From contig JAMHZE010000028.1 in the NCBI GenBank assembly GCA_035909535.1, positions 1 through 45,345 of the forward strand: a stretch of 45,345 bases of DNA, read 5' to 3'. How positions within the stretch are numbered: the stretch's first letter is position 1; the number at the start of each line of letters is the position of its first letter. Shown in pieces: positions 35,731 through 44,525 of the stretch. Below the pieces are notes generated by a model, which was not told where the DNA came from, did not search any database, and saw nothing but the letters and a program-made list of their open reading frames with translations. A program made the position numbers and the translations under genes. The DNA comes from Rickettsiales bacterium. Its GTDB lineage: Bacteria > Pseudomonadota > Alphaproteobacteria > Rickettsiales > UBA8987.

Positions 35731-36185
35731 TGCACAATACAGCACATAAATTATTCCGCGGACTCATCACAGCCATTACTGCATGTGGCGTTCTTCCTTA
35801 CATCGCCTATCCGGTACTGGTTGAAGGTTTCGGCTATGATTCTGTGCTGCTGCTTGCGCCTTTTCTTGCCTATAACCTCATGATGGTATCCTTCATGTGC
35901 GGTGCGTTATGGTCTAACGTAAAAACGGCACATAACATCACGCAGTTCTCTAAAGTAGGCTTTGTCGTGGTAAGTGTTATAATTGCTATCGGCGGCTGGT
36001 TCTCGTTCTACGGGTTAGATGCCGGCGTACAATTCGTATTCTATATCGGCCTGTTCTCTGTTCTGCTGCTGCTGGATTTCATTCTTTACCGTTACGGCAC
36101 TTTTGCAAAATGGTATATGGGTCTGCGCGTTATAACAACCGCTATAGTGTTCATATCACTTATATATTCAATGCGCTTTGTCTAG
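35730..36185 (+). CDS. Small integral membrane protein (4 predicted TM; possibly DUF3429-like)
   Basis: 151 aa. It has four hydrophobic segments and the motif YNLMMVSFMCGALWS. Its start overlaps the SapC stop (TAATG). The family assignment is tentative. Confidence 0.4.
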   Translation: MHNTAHKLFRGLITAITACGVLPYIAYPVLVEGFGYDSVLLLAPFLAYNLMMVSFMCGALWSNVKTAHNITQFSKVGFVVVSVIIAIGGWFSFYGLDAGVQFVFYIGLFSVLLLLDFILYRYGTFAKWYMGLRVITTAIVFISLIYSMRFV

Positions 36186-36194
36186 ATCGTTTGT

Positions 36195-36860
36195 TTAGGC
36201 GTTTCTGCCGCTAACGCGGTGAAACATATGCGTCATCACCGCTACTCCCCAGAATGGTATCAGCAGGTTAACCAGTGGCACGGTTGCCAGAAATGCTATT
36301 GCAACGCCGCCGAAAAAAGCTTCCCTTCCGGCTTTCTCGCACAAGGCTTTTGCCTGCGCATCATCAACATGCCTGCGCGCCGCAGCGATAAAAAACTGCT
36401 TACCAAGCAACCAGCCGTTAAGCACTAAAAACAGGCAGATATTCACTACCGGAATAAGGTAAAGCGGCAATACCAGTATATTCAATACAAGCGCTTTCAG
36501 GGTAAACTTTATATCAAAGCCAAGGTCTTCCATCTGGGTTGTTGTTCTGCCGCGCAGCAGCGAATACTCATTCTTCTCTATCACATCCATCACATCCGTG
36601 TTGAAGAAGCCCGCGATGAAAGGCATCACGCCCGGAAACAATATCCATGCCAGCACAAAAGAACCTGCGCCAACAAACCACGTTATATATTTACTGTAAC
36701 TGCTATCCAGCAATCCTGCCACAATATCCGCTGCAAATGTTGCGCCTATAACAAACAGCACCAAAGCTGCCAGTGTTATCAGTATACTCTTTACCATTAC
36801 CCTGCCCATGCCGCGCGCAAACATAGATTGGAATGCTCTCGTCATACAACTTATCAGCAT
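36195..36860 (-). CDS. EI24/CysZ-like integral membrane protein
   Basis: 221 aa and multi-TM. LKALVLNILVLPLYLIPVVN...LNGWLLG..F resembles the EI24/CysZ (DUF540) family. Confidence 0.55.
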   Translation of the reverse strand: MLISCMTRAFQSMFARGMGRVMVKSILITLAALVLFVIGATFAADIVAGLLDSSYSKYITWFVGAGSFVLAWILFPGVMPFIAGFFNTDVMDVIEKNEYSLLRGRTTTQMEDLGFDIKFTLKALVLNILVLPLYLIPVVNICLFLVLNGWLLGKQFFIAAARRHVDDAQAKALCEKAGREAFFGGVAIAFLATVPLVNLLIPFWGVAVMTHMFHRVSGRNA

Positions 36861-36863
36861 AAA

Positions 36864-37487
36864 TTATCCTTTGTGGTTATGTTCGTGTTTCAGCTCTGCG
36901 CGGGCTTTCCTGAATATGCGGAAAGATGCTGATGCCGCCAGCCAGCCCATCAGGCCCGCTACCGCAATATCGGGCCAGTGTGTGTCGGTAGAAAATACAC
37001 CAAGAGCCGCAAGCATAACGGCTATATTGCCTATCGCATCATTACGCGAGCACAGCCATACAGATTCCATATTACTATCGCCGCTGCGAAAGCGGTACAG
37101 CAGAACCGCAGCCAGTATATTCACCACCATTGCCATAAAGCCTATAATACCCATAACATGGGCTTCCGGTACGGTATCACCGTTAACTCTGTTTATGGCC
37201 GTAGCCATAATAAACACGCCAAGTATCAGCATGGTCGCTGCCTTCACCATAGAAGCTTTTGCGCGCACAGTCAGGCTCATGCCCAGCACAAACAGGCTTA
37301 TCGCATAATTGGCAGAATCGCTGAAAAAATCTATCGCATCGGCCAGCAGGGAAAGAGAATGGCTGTTAAGCCCTGCCGTCACTTCTATAATGAACATGCT
37401 TAAATTAAGCACTAAGGCTATCCAAAGCGCCTTTCTGAAGGGCCCTTGCGCGGGTTCGTTATGTTCTATCTCACAATGGTGCGACAT
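36864..37487 (-). CDS. Cation diffusion facilitator-type transporter, membrane domain only
   Basis: 207 aa. The metal-site motifs are SLSLLADAIDFFSDS (TM2 HD/DD-type) and ...NDAIGNIAV. It has six hydrophobic segments and lacks the usual C-terminal cytoplasmic domain. Confidence 0.75.
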   Translation of the reverse strand: MSHHCEIEHNEPAQGPFRKALWIALVLNLSMFIIEVTAGLNSHSLSLLADAIDFFSDSANYAISLFVLGMSLTVRAKASMVKAATMLILGVFIMATAINRVNGDTVPEAHVMGIIGFMAMVVNILAAVLLYRFRSGDSNMESVWLCSRNDAIGNIAVMLAALGVFSTDTHWPDIAVAGLMGWLAASASFRIFRKARAELKHEHNHKG

Positions 37488-37596
37488 ATATCTGTTAATA
37501 TAGGTGCTATTGTGGATAAGGGAATAGCTTTATTCCAGACCATATTACTAGGGTATTATTTTTCAAAATCTGCTTGCATAAGGTAACACTTTTTGT

Positions 37597-37618
37597 ATTT
37601 TCAGGAAATACTGAAAAT
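37597..37618. promoter_or_regulatory. 8-bp perfect inverted repeat ATTTTCAG-N6-CTGAAAAT, a candidate operator or 5'-UTR hairpin upstream of the gbsR-type gene
   Basis: Read directly: 37597-37604 and 37611-37618. It ends 18 nt before the ATG at 37636. Confidence 0.4.
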
Positions 37619-37635
37619 TCAGAAATAAGGAATAT

Positions 37636-38214
37636 ATGAAACTCTCCGAGCCGGTACAAAGTTTTATATCTCACTTCGGTGAAATGGGTAGTCGCTGGGG
37701 TATCAACCGCACAGTGGGGCAAATGTACGCCCTGCTTTACCTGTCGGAAGAACCTCTCTGCGCTGATGATATTTCCGATGCGCTTGGCTTTTCCCGCTCC
37801 AATGTAAGCATGGGTCTGAAGGAGTTGGATAGCTGGCGCCTTATTCGCGTAAAACATTTCCAGAAGGACAGGAAAGAATACTACACCGTGCCGGAAGATG
37901 TGTGGGAGATATTCCGTACCCTGGCGGAAGAGCGCAAAAAGCGCGAGATAGACCCGACCCTTTCCATGCTGCGTGATGTGATAATGGCCACGCCGGAAAA
38001 GAACAAGAATGATTACTCCAGCCAGAAAGTTCAGGAGATGCACGACCTGATCCAGATGCTTACCGGCTGGTATGAAGATATGCATAAAATGGAAACGACA
38101 AGTCTGGTAAACCTGCTCAAGCTGGGTTCTAAGGTCTACAAACTGTACGAGATGAAGAACAAGCTTACCGTCATCACCGGCGGTAAAAAGAAAAACAAGG
38201 TAAGGGAGAATTAG
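37636..38214 (+). CDS. GbsR/MarR-family winged-helix transcriptional regulator
   Basis: 192 aa. F....G.RWGINRTVGQMYALLYLSEEPL.ADDISDALGFSRSNVSMGLKEL..W.L is the GbsR-type wHTH. Its stop lies 1 nt before the cydA ATG. Confidence 0.75.
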   Translation: MKLSEPVQSFISHFGEMGSRWGINRTVGQMYALLYLSEEPLCADDISDALGFSRSNVSMGLKELDSWRLIRVKHFQKDRKEYYTVPEDVWEIFRTLAEERKKREIDPTLSMLRDVIMATPEKNKNDYSSQKVQEMHDLIQMLTGWYEDMHKMETTSLVNLLKLGSKVYKLYEMKNKLTVITGGKKKNKVREN

Positions 38215-38215
38215 T

Positions 38216-39610
38216 ATGGAAGCTTTGATGCTGGCAAGAATGCAGTTCGCTGCGAATATAACATTCCACATATTATTCCCTACTATCACCATCGCGCTGG
38301 CGTGGATATTGCTGTTCTTCAAGTTGCGCTACAATTCCACAAAAGATATGAAATGGATGGAATCCTACCGTTTCTATGTAAAGGTTTTTGCACTCTGCTT
38401 CGCGCTTGGCGTGGTAAGCGGCATTACAATGTCATTCCAGTTTGGCACTAACTGGCCCGGCTTTATGATGAAGGTCGGCAACATCGCAGGGCCTCTTCTG
38501 GCCTATGAGGTCATCACAGCGTTCTTCCTCGAGGCAACATTCCTCGGCATAATGCTGTTCGGTTTCAACCGTGTTTCCAATCGCGTGCATACTGTGGCAA
38601 CGGTACTTGTAGCGGGTGGCACAACGCTTTCCGCCTTCTGGATACTTGTACTTAATAGTTGGATGCAAACTCCCGCAGGCTACGAGATACGCGATGGCGT
38701 GATACATGTTGCCAACTGGCTGGATGTCATCTTCAACCCATCCATGCCGTACAGGCTAACGCATAAACTTCTGGCATCCGGCCTAACGGCATCATTTTTA
38801 GTGGCTGGCCTTTCTGCGTATCAATGGCTACGCGGAGATAAACGCCCGGGCGTTCTCGCGGCGATGAAAACCGGTGTGTATATCGCGGCGCTACTTATTC
38901 CGATACAGATATATGCGGGCGACCTGCACGGCCTTAACACTTTAAAGCACCAGCCGGCAAAAGTGGCCGCGATGGAAGGTATCTGGGAGACCGAGAAGGG
39001 CGCAGGCCTGCGTCTGTTCGCCATACCGGATAAAGAAACCCGCAGCAATAAAATGGAAGTTAAGATACCCAACCTTGCAAGTCTTATCCTCACCCATTCT
39101 TTAGATGGCGAGATAAAAGGCCTTAACGAGTTCGAGCATCATCCGCCTGTTGCTCCGGTATTCTACGCCTTCCGTATCATGATAGGCGTAGGCATGTTAA
39201 TGCTTGGTGTTGCATGGCTTGCAAGCTGGCAGATGCGCCGCAAGGGTGAACCTAAGCGCTGGATGGCAAAGGCACTTGTGTGCATGACGTTCTCGGGCTG
39301 GGTAGCAACGGTAGCAGGTTGGTACACCACAGAAATAGGCCGTCAGCCGTGGCTGGTAGAAGGCATCCTCACCACCGCAGATGCCGCCGCAACAAATGTC
39401 GGAAGCGGTATGATAGCAACCACGCTCATCGCATATATCACTCTGTATATCGTGCTGATAGTGGCCTTCATATCCACCATCTTCTATCTGGCTCGCCGTG
39501 CGGGTGATCAGCCAGACAGGCTAGACCGCGCACCGGTGGCAAACCGTCCGGGCGTTGCAGGCAGCCGCCAGATACTGGAAGAAGCCGGAATTAAACATGA
39601 TGCATCATAA
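38216..39610 (+). CDS. cydA: Cytochrome bd-type ubiquinol oxidase subunit I (short Q-loop, CIO-like)
   Basis: 464 aa. It has ARMQFA....FH..FP..TI and GWY.TE.GRQPW.V.G.L.T..A. The short length implies a short Q-loop. Confidence 0.93.
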   Translation: MEALMLARMQFAANITFHILFPTITIALAWILLFFKLRYNSTKDMKWMESYRFYVKVFALCFALGVVSGITMSFQFGTNWPGFMMKVGNIAGPLLAYEVITAFFLEATFLGIMLFGFNRVSNRVHTVATVLVAGGTTLSAFWILVLNSWMQTPAGYEIRDGVIHVANWLDVIFNPSMPYRLTHKLLASGLTASFLVAGLSAYQWLRGDKRPGVLAAMKTGVYIAALLIPIQIYAGDLHGLNTLKHQPAKVAAMEGIWETEKGAGLRLFAIPDKETRSNKMEVKIPNLASLILTHSLDGEIKGLNEFEHHPPVAPVFYAFRIMIGVGMLMLGVAWLASWQMRRKGEPKRWMAKALVCMTFSGWVATVAGWYTTEIGRQPWLVEGILTTADAAATNVGSGMIATTLIAYITLYIVLIVAFISTIFYLARRAGDQPDRLDRAPVANRPGVAGSRQILEEAGIKHDAS

Positions 39611-39633
39611 ATATAAAAACATGGAGAATGATT

Positions 39634-40650
39634 ATGGTAACTGATCTGCTCGCAACACAAGGCCACTGGCTGGCAATGGCATTTGCTTTTTTGATGGGGC
39701 TTTCCATTCTGCTATATGTAATGCTTGATGGTTATGATTTAGGCGTAGGCATGCTGCTCACCGGCGCAACCGACGAAGAAAAAGATAAGATGATAGCATC
39801 TATCGGCCCGTTCTGGGATGCGAACGAAACATGGCTGGTGCTTGGCGTTGGTATATTGCTGGTGGCGTTCCCCGCTGCTCATGGCGAGATACTTACGGCG
39901 CTATACCTGCCAACAGCGTTCATGCTTATCGCGCTGATACTGCGCGGTGTTTCTTTCGATTTTCGCGCAAAGGTTCTCGCATCACGCAAACATCTGTGGA
40001 ATAAAACCTTCTTCGCAGGCTCGCTGGGAACGGCAGTAGCTCAAGGCTACATGCTCGGTATGTATATCATGGCTTTCGATAACAATGTGGTAACACATCT
40101 ATTCGCATTGTTTTGCGGTGTATGTGTTGCGGCGGGCTACAGCTTTATCGGTGCAGGCTGGCTAATAATGAAAACAGATGGCGAATTGCAACAAAAGGCC
40201 GTTCGCTGGGCAAGGTTTTCGCTGTGGTTCACTGCGGCAGGTATCGCGCTGGTTTCGCTCGCAACGCCTCTGGTAAGCGAAAGGATATTTGAAAAATGGT
40301 TCAGCGTGCCTAATATTTTTGTGCTCGCTCCTATACCGCTTATTACCGGCGTTGTTATAATACTGGCCGAGCTTGCCCTAAGGCGCATGCCGCTACCGGG
40401 TGATAAACTTGCATGGGCACCTTTTGCGGGAGCGGTTGCAATATTCACCCTGTGCTTTTTGGGTCTGGCCTACAGCTTCTACCCTTATATCATACCGGAA
40501 AAAATGACCATATACGGCGCGGCCTCATCGCCGGAAGCGCTGATGGTGATATTCATCGGTGCCATGCTGGTACTACCATGCATAATCGGATACACCATAT
40601 TCGCTTACAGGGTATTCTGGGGTAAGGTGCAAGACCTGAGATACTATTAA
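39634..40650 (+). CDS. cydB: Cytochrome bd-type ubiquinol oxidase subunit II
   Basis: It has LDGYDLGVGML and GPFWDANETWLV, and is multi-TM. I prefer the ATG at 39634, 7 nt after GGAG at 39623-39626. The track starts at 39628. Confidence 0.9.
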   Translation: MVTDLLATQGHWLAMAFAFLMGLSILLYVMLDGYDLGVGMLLTGATDEEKDKMIASIGPFWDANETWLVLGVGILLVAFPAAHGEILTALYLPTAFMLIALILRGVSFDFRAKVLASRKHLWNKTFFAGSLGTAVAQGYMLGMYIMAFDNNVVTHLFALFCGVCVAAGYSFIGAGWLIMKTDGELQQKAVRWARFSLWFTAAGIALVSLATPLVSERIFEKWFSVPNIFVLAPIPLITGVVIILAELALRRMPLPGDKLAWAPFAGAVAIFTLCFLGLAYSFYPYIIPEKMTIYGAASSPEALMVIFIGAMLVLPCIIGYTIFAYRVFWGKVQDLRYY

Positions 40651-40679
40651 AACCTGCAAGCTCGCAGGGAAGGGGGCGG

Positions 40680-41984
40680 CTATATCTCAGCCTCTTCTTC
40701 CTTGCGGGATATCATTATCTTATCCACTCGCTGGCCGTCTATATCTACCACTTCAAACACATGGTTGAAGCGCTCAACGCTTTCGCCAACTTCCGGCTGA
40801 TGTCCCATAGCAGTCACTACAAATCCGGCTATTGTTTCATAGCCTTCATCTGTGGCCATCTCTTCCAAGCCTATAACAAGCTGTATCTCATCTATTGGTG
40901 TGCTGCCATCTACTAGCCACGAGCCATCTTTGCGCTGTGTTATAAGCGGATCATCACCCACATCATAGTTGGAAGGCATAATGCCAACAATCGCTTCCAG
41001 CAGGTCTGCCGCGGTTATTATTCCTACCGCAGAACCATGCTCATCTGCCACTATGGCAATATGTATCTTGGAACTTTTGAAAACTTCCAGCGCATCTAAA
41101 CACTTTGTGGTTTCTACCAGTACAGGCGCTTCCCTTAAATAATGCAGTATGTACAACTCGCCCGCATTGTTAAGCGCAGCATCAAGCAGTTCTTTTGCCT
41201 GCACAATACCTATAACCTTGGTAACATCGCCGTCTATCACAGGGTAGCGTGAATGCCCCGCCTCATGAACCTTTTTACGCATCGCTGCAAGGTCATCCTT
41301 CACATCTATAAAAGTAACGTTGGTACGGTGTGTCATCACAGATCTAACATCGCGGTCACCCAAACGTATTATACGTTGCAGCATCTCATGTTCTTTTTCT
41401 TCTATCGCGCCGCTTGCTGCACCTTCTGCAAGCATGGCCTTCACTTCAGCTTCCGTTACTTTCTCGGCCTCAGGGCGTATACCAAGTATCATAAAGCAAA
41501 GCTTGGCAGAATTCTCCAGCGCCATAACAACTGGTGTGCACGCAATAGAGATCCACGTCATCGGATATGCTATCCACATTGCAAATTTCTCAGGGCGCGA
41601 AAGCGCGAATTGCTTCGGCACCAGTTCGCCGATCACCACAGAAAAATATGTGATGCACATAACCACAAGCACAACTGCAACTATCTCGCCATGTGGGTTG
41701 ATGAACCCGATAGAGTTGAAGCTAGGCTCCAGCTTGTCGGCTATCTCGGCGCCGCCATATGCACCTGCCAGAATACCCACAAGCGTAATGCCCACCTGCA
41801 CGGTAGAAAGGAACCTGCCGGAATTCTCGGCAAGTTTCAGCGCGGCAGCGGCACGCTTATTGCGTTGTTTTGCCATCTGGCGCAGTAAAGGTTTGCTGGA
41901 AGAAACTATTGCCATCTCAGAAAGCGCGAAGAACGCATTCAGAAGTAACAGGAAGAATATGATAACTAATTCAGTTGTGATCAT
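40680..41984 (-). CDS. Hemolysin/CNNM-family protein (DUF21 - CBS pair - CorC_HlyC)
   Basis: 434 aa. The N-terminal DUF21 has LLLLNAFFALSEMAIVS. It has a CBS pair and the C-terminal transporter-associated domain G.....G.....F.V.D.DG.R..K... Confidence 0.85.
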   Translation of the reverse strand: MITTELVIIFFLLLLNAFFALSEMAIVSSSKPLLRQMAKQRNKRAAAALKLAENSGRFLSTVQVGITLVGILAGAYGGAEIADKLEPSFNSIGFINPHGEIVAVVLVVMCITYFSVVIGELVPKQFALSRPEKFAMWIAYPMTWISIACTPVVMALENSAKLCFMILGIRPEAEKVTEAEVKAMLAEGAASGAIEEKEHEMLQRIIRLGDRDVRSVMTHRTNVTFIDVKDDLAAMRKKVHEAGHSRYPVIDGDVTKVIGIVQAKELLDAALNNAGELYILHYLREAPVLVETTKCLDALEVFKSSKIHIAIVADEHGSAVGIITAADLLEAIVGIMPSNYDVGDDPLITQRKDGSWLVDGSTPIDEIQLVIGLEEMATDEGYETIAGFVVTAMGHQPEVGESVERFNHVFEVVDIDGQRVDKIMISRKEEEAEI

Positions 41985-42040
41985 TTTTTTGTTTATCAGG
42001 CGGCTGGCTATTTACCGTTTCCGCCCATTGCTTCCTTAAA

Positions 42041-42117
42041 TGGTGCACTCGACAGGACTCGAACCTGTAACCTTCTGATCCGTAGTCAGATGCTCTATCC
42101 AATTGAGCTACGAGTGC
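42041..42117 (-). tRNA. tRNA-Arg (anticodon ACG), encoded CCA
   Basis: The reverse complement is GCACTCGTAGCTCAATTGGATAGAGCATCTGACTACGGATCAGAAGGTTACAGGTTCGAGTCCTGTCGAGTGCACCA. The acceptor stem is GCACTCG/CGAGTGC, and the anticodon loop is CTACGGA. Confidence 0.95.
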
Positions 42118-42166
42118 TAAAGAAAGCCGCACACTCTATACACTGAAAGCTGTAACTTCTGCAAGG

Positions 42167-42190
42167 GAAAACAGCCAGTTAAATGGGCTG
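42167..42190 (-). terminator. Weak candidate terminator downstream of the ydbL-like gene
   Basis: On the minus strand the sequence reads CAGCC-catttaact-GGCTG-TTTT. The stem is only 5 bp. Confidence 0.3.
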
Positions 42191-42219
42191 CATCTCAAAT
42201 ATTCCACTAAGCTGTTGAA

Positions 42220-42495
42220 CTATGGATATTTCTTCATTAGCTGCTCAGCCGCAAGCTTGGCAACTATATCCGCGGGTTGGCCGTTCTCTTTAGAGATACG
42301 CTGATATTCCGCCTTGCGTCCTGCATTCACCTGATCCACCAAAGCGTTCACTTCCGCGCCTGGTTTTACGGCCTTAAGGTAGCCTGTAGCCTGTTCAGCT
42401 ACCGCGCCTTGGCTGCGTGCAGTTTGCAGGTCAAGCGCATGTGCTGCGCCTGTAAGTCCAAAAAATATAGCGGTTATAAGTGCAAGTTTTTTCAT
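42220..42495 (-). CDS. ydbL: YdbL-like periplasmic protein (DUF1318)
   Basis: 91 aa. The signal peptide is MKKLALITAIFFGLTGAAHA. L..A...G.V.EQ.TGYL........V..LV..VN..R...Y..I....G........A is DUF1318-like. It is the last gene of the ydbH-ynbE-ydbL arrangement. Confidence 0.8.
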   Translation of the reverse strand: MKKLALITAIFFGLTGAAHALDLQTARSQGAVAEQATGYLKAVKPGAEVNALVDQVNAGRKAEYQRISKENGQPADIVAKLAAEQLMKKYP

Positions 42496-42523
42496 GTCAT
42501 GCCTCTTTTTATTATTAAATTAA

Positions 42524-42709
42524 TTAGAATAGGTCAGGGTTTTTAGAGATAGCCTGTTTCAGGTCTTTCTCTATTTCCACTTTCACGTGATGTTCAATTT
42601 TCACGTTCAGATTTATCTCGATAGGTTTATCAGGCGCCTGCACCTTAACGGTAGGCGAGCAGGAAGAGATAATAACCGCAACCAGTGAGTATAAGAATAT
42701 CTTAGTCAT
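42524..42709 (-). CDS. ynbE: YnbE-like small lipoprotein
   Basis: 61 aa. The lipobox is VIISSC, and the mature part SPTVKVQAPDKPIEINLNVKIEHHV is YnbE-like. Its start overlaps the ydbH-like stop by 8 nt. Confidence 0.75.
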   Translation of the reverse strand: MTKIFLYSLVAVIISSCSPTVKVQAPDKPIEINLNVKIEHHVKVEIEKDLKQAISKNPDLF

Positions 42710-43844
42710 TTTTTACATCCTTTAAATATTGTCTGAAATCGTTCAGCGGTAGTAAGCTTTGCTGTACCAGCGGCAGAATATCGCCATCCAGGTTGATATT
42801 CAGTTTCACCGGTCTTTCCCCGCCCATATCTGGGTTTCGTCCTTCAAGTGCAAGGTTGATAACAGACCTTTCTTCCTTGTCCAATGATACTGAAATTTTG
42901 AATGTAGTATAGTGGAAATTTTCCAGCGTGGTGCGGGTAAATTCTATCTGTGGATTATCTCCCGGTATCAGGGTCGGCTCAAGCCTTAATGTGCCTCCGC
43001 TCATCGCAGATGCTACGCCATCATGCAACGTAACACTTCCATCGGGGTGGTAAGTAGCAGGGAAAGAACCATTGATGCTACCCTTGCCGCCAACCTGACC
43101 TTCCGCCACCATGCCAAGCAGCGCTGCAAGGTCTACGTCCTTCAGCTTCAGCTTAACGTCTATCGGTTTATCCATCGCCAAAGGCACTTTAACATTAGCG
43201 GTAGAAATACTTCCGCCAAGCCAAGGCATCTCTGCTTTTTTCAGTTCCATCATACCTATTTCGCCCTGTGGTATCATAATATCCATTATGGCCTTATAGT
43301 GTTTAGACGAATCAGATATGTTAATCCCTGCAATTATTTCTGCACCCACGTTGAAATCGGCCTTAACGGTCAGTGGCGGCACTTCCTGCGGCAGCCCGGC
43401 AACAGTAATAATACTCTCTGCCGTACCCGTCCAAACACCTTTATTACCTGTCGCATCCAGTTTCAGTTTTTCGGTCCTTGCCTCATAAGGCTTGGCATCA
43501 ATAAATATATTATCTGCCTCTATATTAACCATGGTGTTGGCATTAAAGCGCGATGTCAGCAGATCCTGTAAAGAATACTGCACATGCAGCCTTTCTATGT
43601 TCAGCGTTGGTTTATCGTGCAAACTTATATTGGTTATTACGGCCTCGGTCTCGCTTACCTTTTCAACGGTCAGAGAGTTCACTTTTATCCCTTCCGCTTC
43701 CAGCGCCTTTCTTATCTGGCGTTCAGCGGTAAGCTGGTACGGCAGATATTTCCACCCAAGCCACAGCACCAGTGCCAGCACTATAAGCAGTATTATTATC
43801 TTGCGGAATATACGGCGTTTTCTTTTAGGTTTTTGCATTGCCAC
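42702..43844 (-). CDS. ydbH: YdbH-like (AsmA-like/DctA-YdbH domain) inner-membrane-anchored protein, short form
   Basis: 380 aa. It has a basic N-terminus plus a TM (RKIIILLIVLALVLWLGW). The C-terminal LENFHYTTFKISVSLDKEERSVINLALEGRNPDMGGERPVKLNINLDGDILPLVQQSL resembles the YdbH C-terminal domain. Confidence 0.7.
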   Translation of the reverse strand: MAMQKPKRKRRIFRKIIILLIVLALVLWLGWKYLPYQLTAERQIRKALEAEGIKVNSLTVEKVSETEAVITNISLHDKPTLNIERLHVQYSLQDLLTSRFNANTMVNIEADNIFIDAKPYEARTEKLKLDATGNKGVWTGTAESIITVAGLPQEVPPLTVKADFNVGAEIIAGINISDSSKHYKAIMDIMIPQGEIGMMELKKAEMPWLGGSISTANVKVPLAMDKPIDVKLKLKDVDLAALLGMVAEGQVGGKGSINGSFPATYHPDGSVTLHDGVASAMSGGTLRLEPTLIPGDNPQIEFTRTTLENFHYTTFKISVSLDKEERSVINLALEGRNPDMGGERPVKLNINLDGDILPLVQQSLLPLNDFRQYLKDVKND

Positions 43845-43889
43845 ATGATAGGCACAAATATATAAAGATACAATAAGCGGAGAAAATAA

Positions 43890-44525
43890 TTGAGCATATT
43901 GGGCAAAAAACTGGTTCTTGCCAGCAACAACAAGGGCAAGGTGAAAGAGATATCCGAGCTACTAAAGATATTCGATATTGAAGTGGTACCTGCGGGCAGT
44001 TTCCCGTATCCAGAGCCGGAAGAGACCGGCACAACCTTCCTTCAGAACGCTGAGATAAAATCGCGCTACTATGCCACGCGCACCGGCCTGCCTGCGCTTT
44101 CAGATGATTCCGGCTTAGAGGTGGAATCCCTGCAAGGCCGCCCTGGAGTGTATTCTGCCGACTGGGCTGAAACAGGTGAGGGGAGAGATTTCTATCTCGC
44201 TATGGATAAGGTCGAGCAGGAACTCAACAATTCAGGCATCAAAACACGTAATATAAATGAAGATGAAAAAGCCAAGCTTGCCTGTAATTTCACCTGCATG
44301 TTGTCACTCTGCCAGCCAGATGGCACAACGCATAATTTTGAAGGTAAGGTGTTCGGGCATTTAACTTATCCTATACGTGGAGAGGCGGGCTTCGGCTACG
44401 ATCCGTGCTTTACACCTCTTGGCCACAACCAAACCTTCGCCGAGATGAACCCGCAGGATAAATATAAAATATCCCACCGCGCTAATGCTTTTGTAAAATT
44501 ACAGGCTTTCCTAAGAACTGAGTAA
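43890..44525 (+). CDS. rdgB: Non-canonical purine NTP pyrophosphatase (RdgB/HAM1 family)
   Basis: 211 aa with a TTG start. It has LVLASNNKGKVKE, E.G.TF..NA..K, ALSDDSGLEV..L.G.PGVYSA.W, FGYDP.F and SHRA.A. Confidence 0.9.
   Translation: MSILGKKLVLASNNKGKVKEISELLKIFDIEVVPAGSFPYPEPEETGTTFLQNAEIKSRYYATRTGLPALSDDSGLEVESLQGRPGVYSADWAETGEGRDFYLAMDKVEQELNNSGIKTRNINEDEKAKLACNFTCMLSLCQPDGTTHNFEGKVFGHLTYPIRGEAGFGYDPCFTPLGHNQTFAEMNPQDKYKISHRANAFVKLQAFLRTE

Noticed and set aside
37507-38322. A 271-aa ORF on the minus strand, the longest unexplained ORF in the track.
   Set aside because: It lies exactly antisense to the GbsR-type regulator gene, whose wHTH motif is clearly recognisable. Its translation is compositionally odd (rich in H, F, L, V), has no recognisable motif, and runs across the cydA start. 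I treat it as a shadow ORF.
40651-40679. A hairpin CCTGC-aagctc-GCAGG between cydB and the CNNM-family gene, considered as a bidirectional terminator.
   Set aside because: The stem is only 5 bp. It has no T-run on the plus strand and only TTTT on the minus strand, which is too weak to annotate.
41253-42039. Two overlapping plus-strand ORFs (211 aa and 239 aa) opposite the CNNM/hemolysin-family gene.
   Set aside because: Both are antisense to a confidently recognised DUF21-CBS-CorC gene. One runs into the tRNA-Arg gene. Their composition (His/Arg/Cys-rich or Ser/Ala-rich) is typical of shadow frames.
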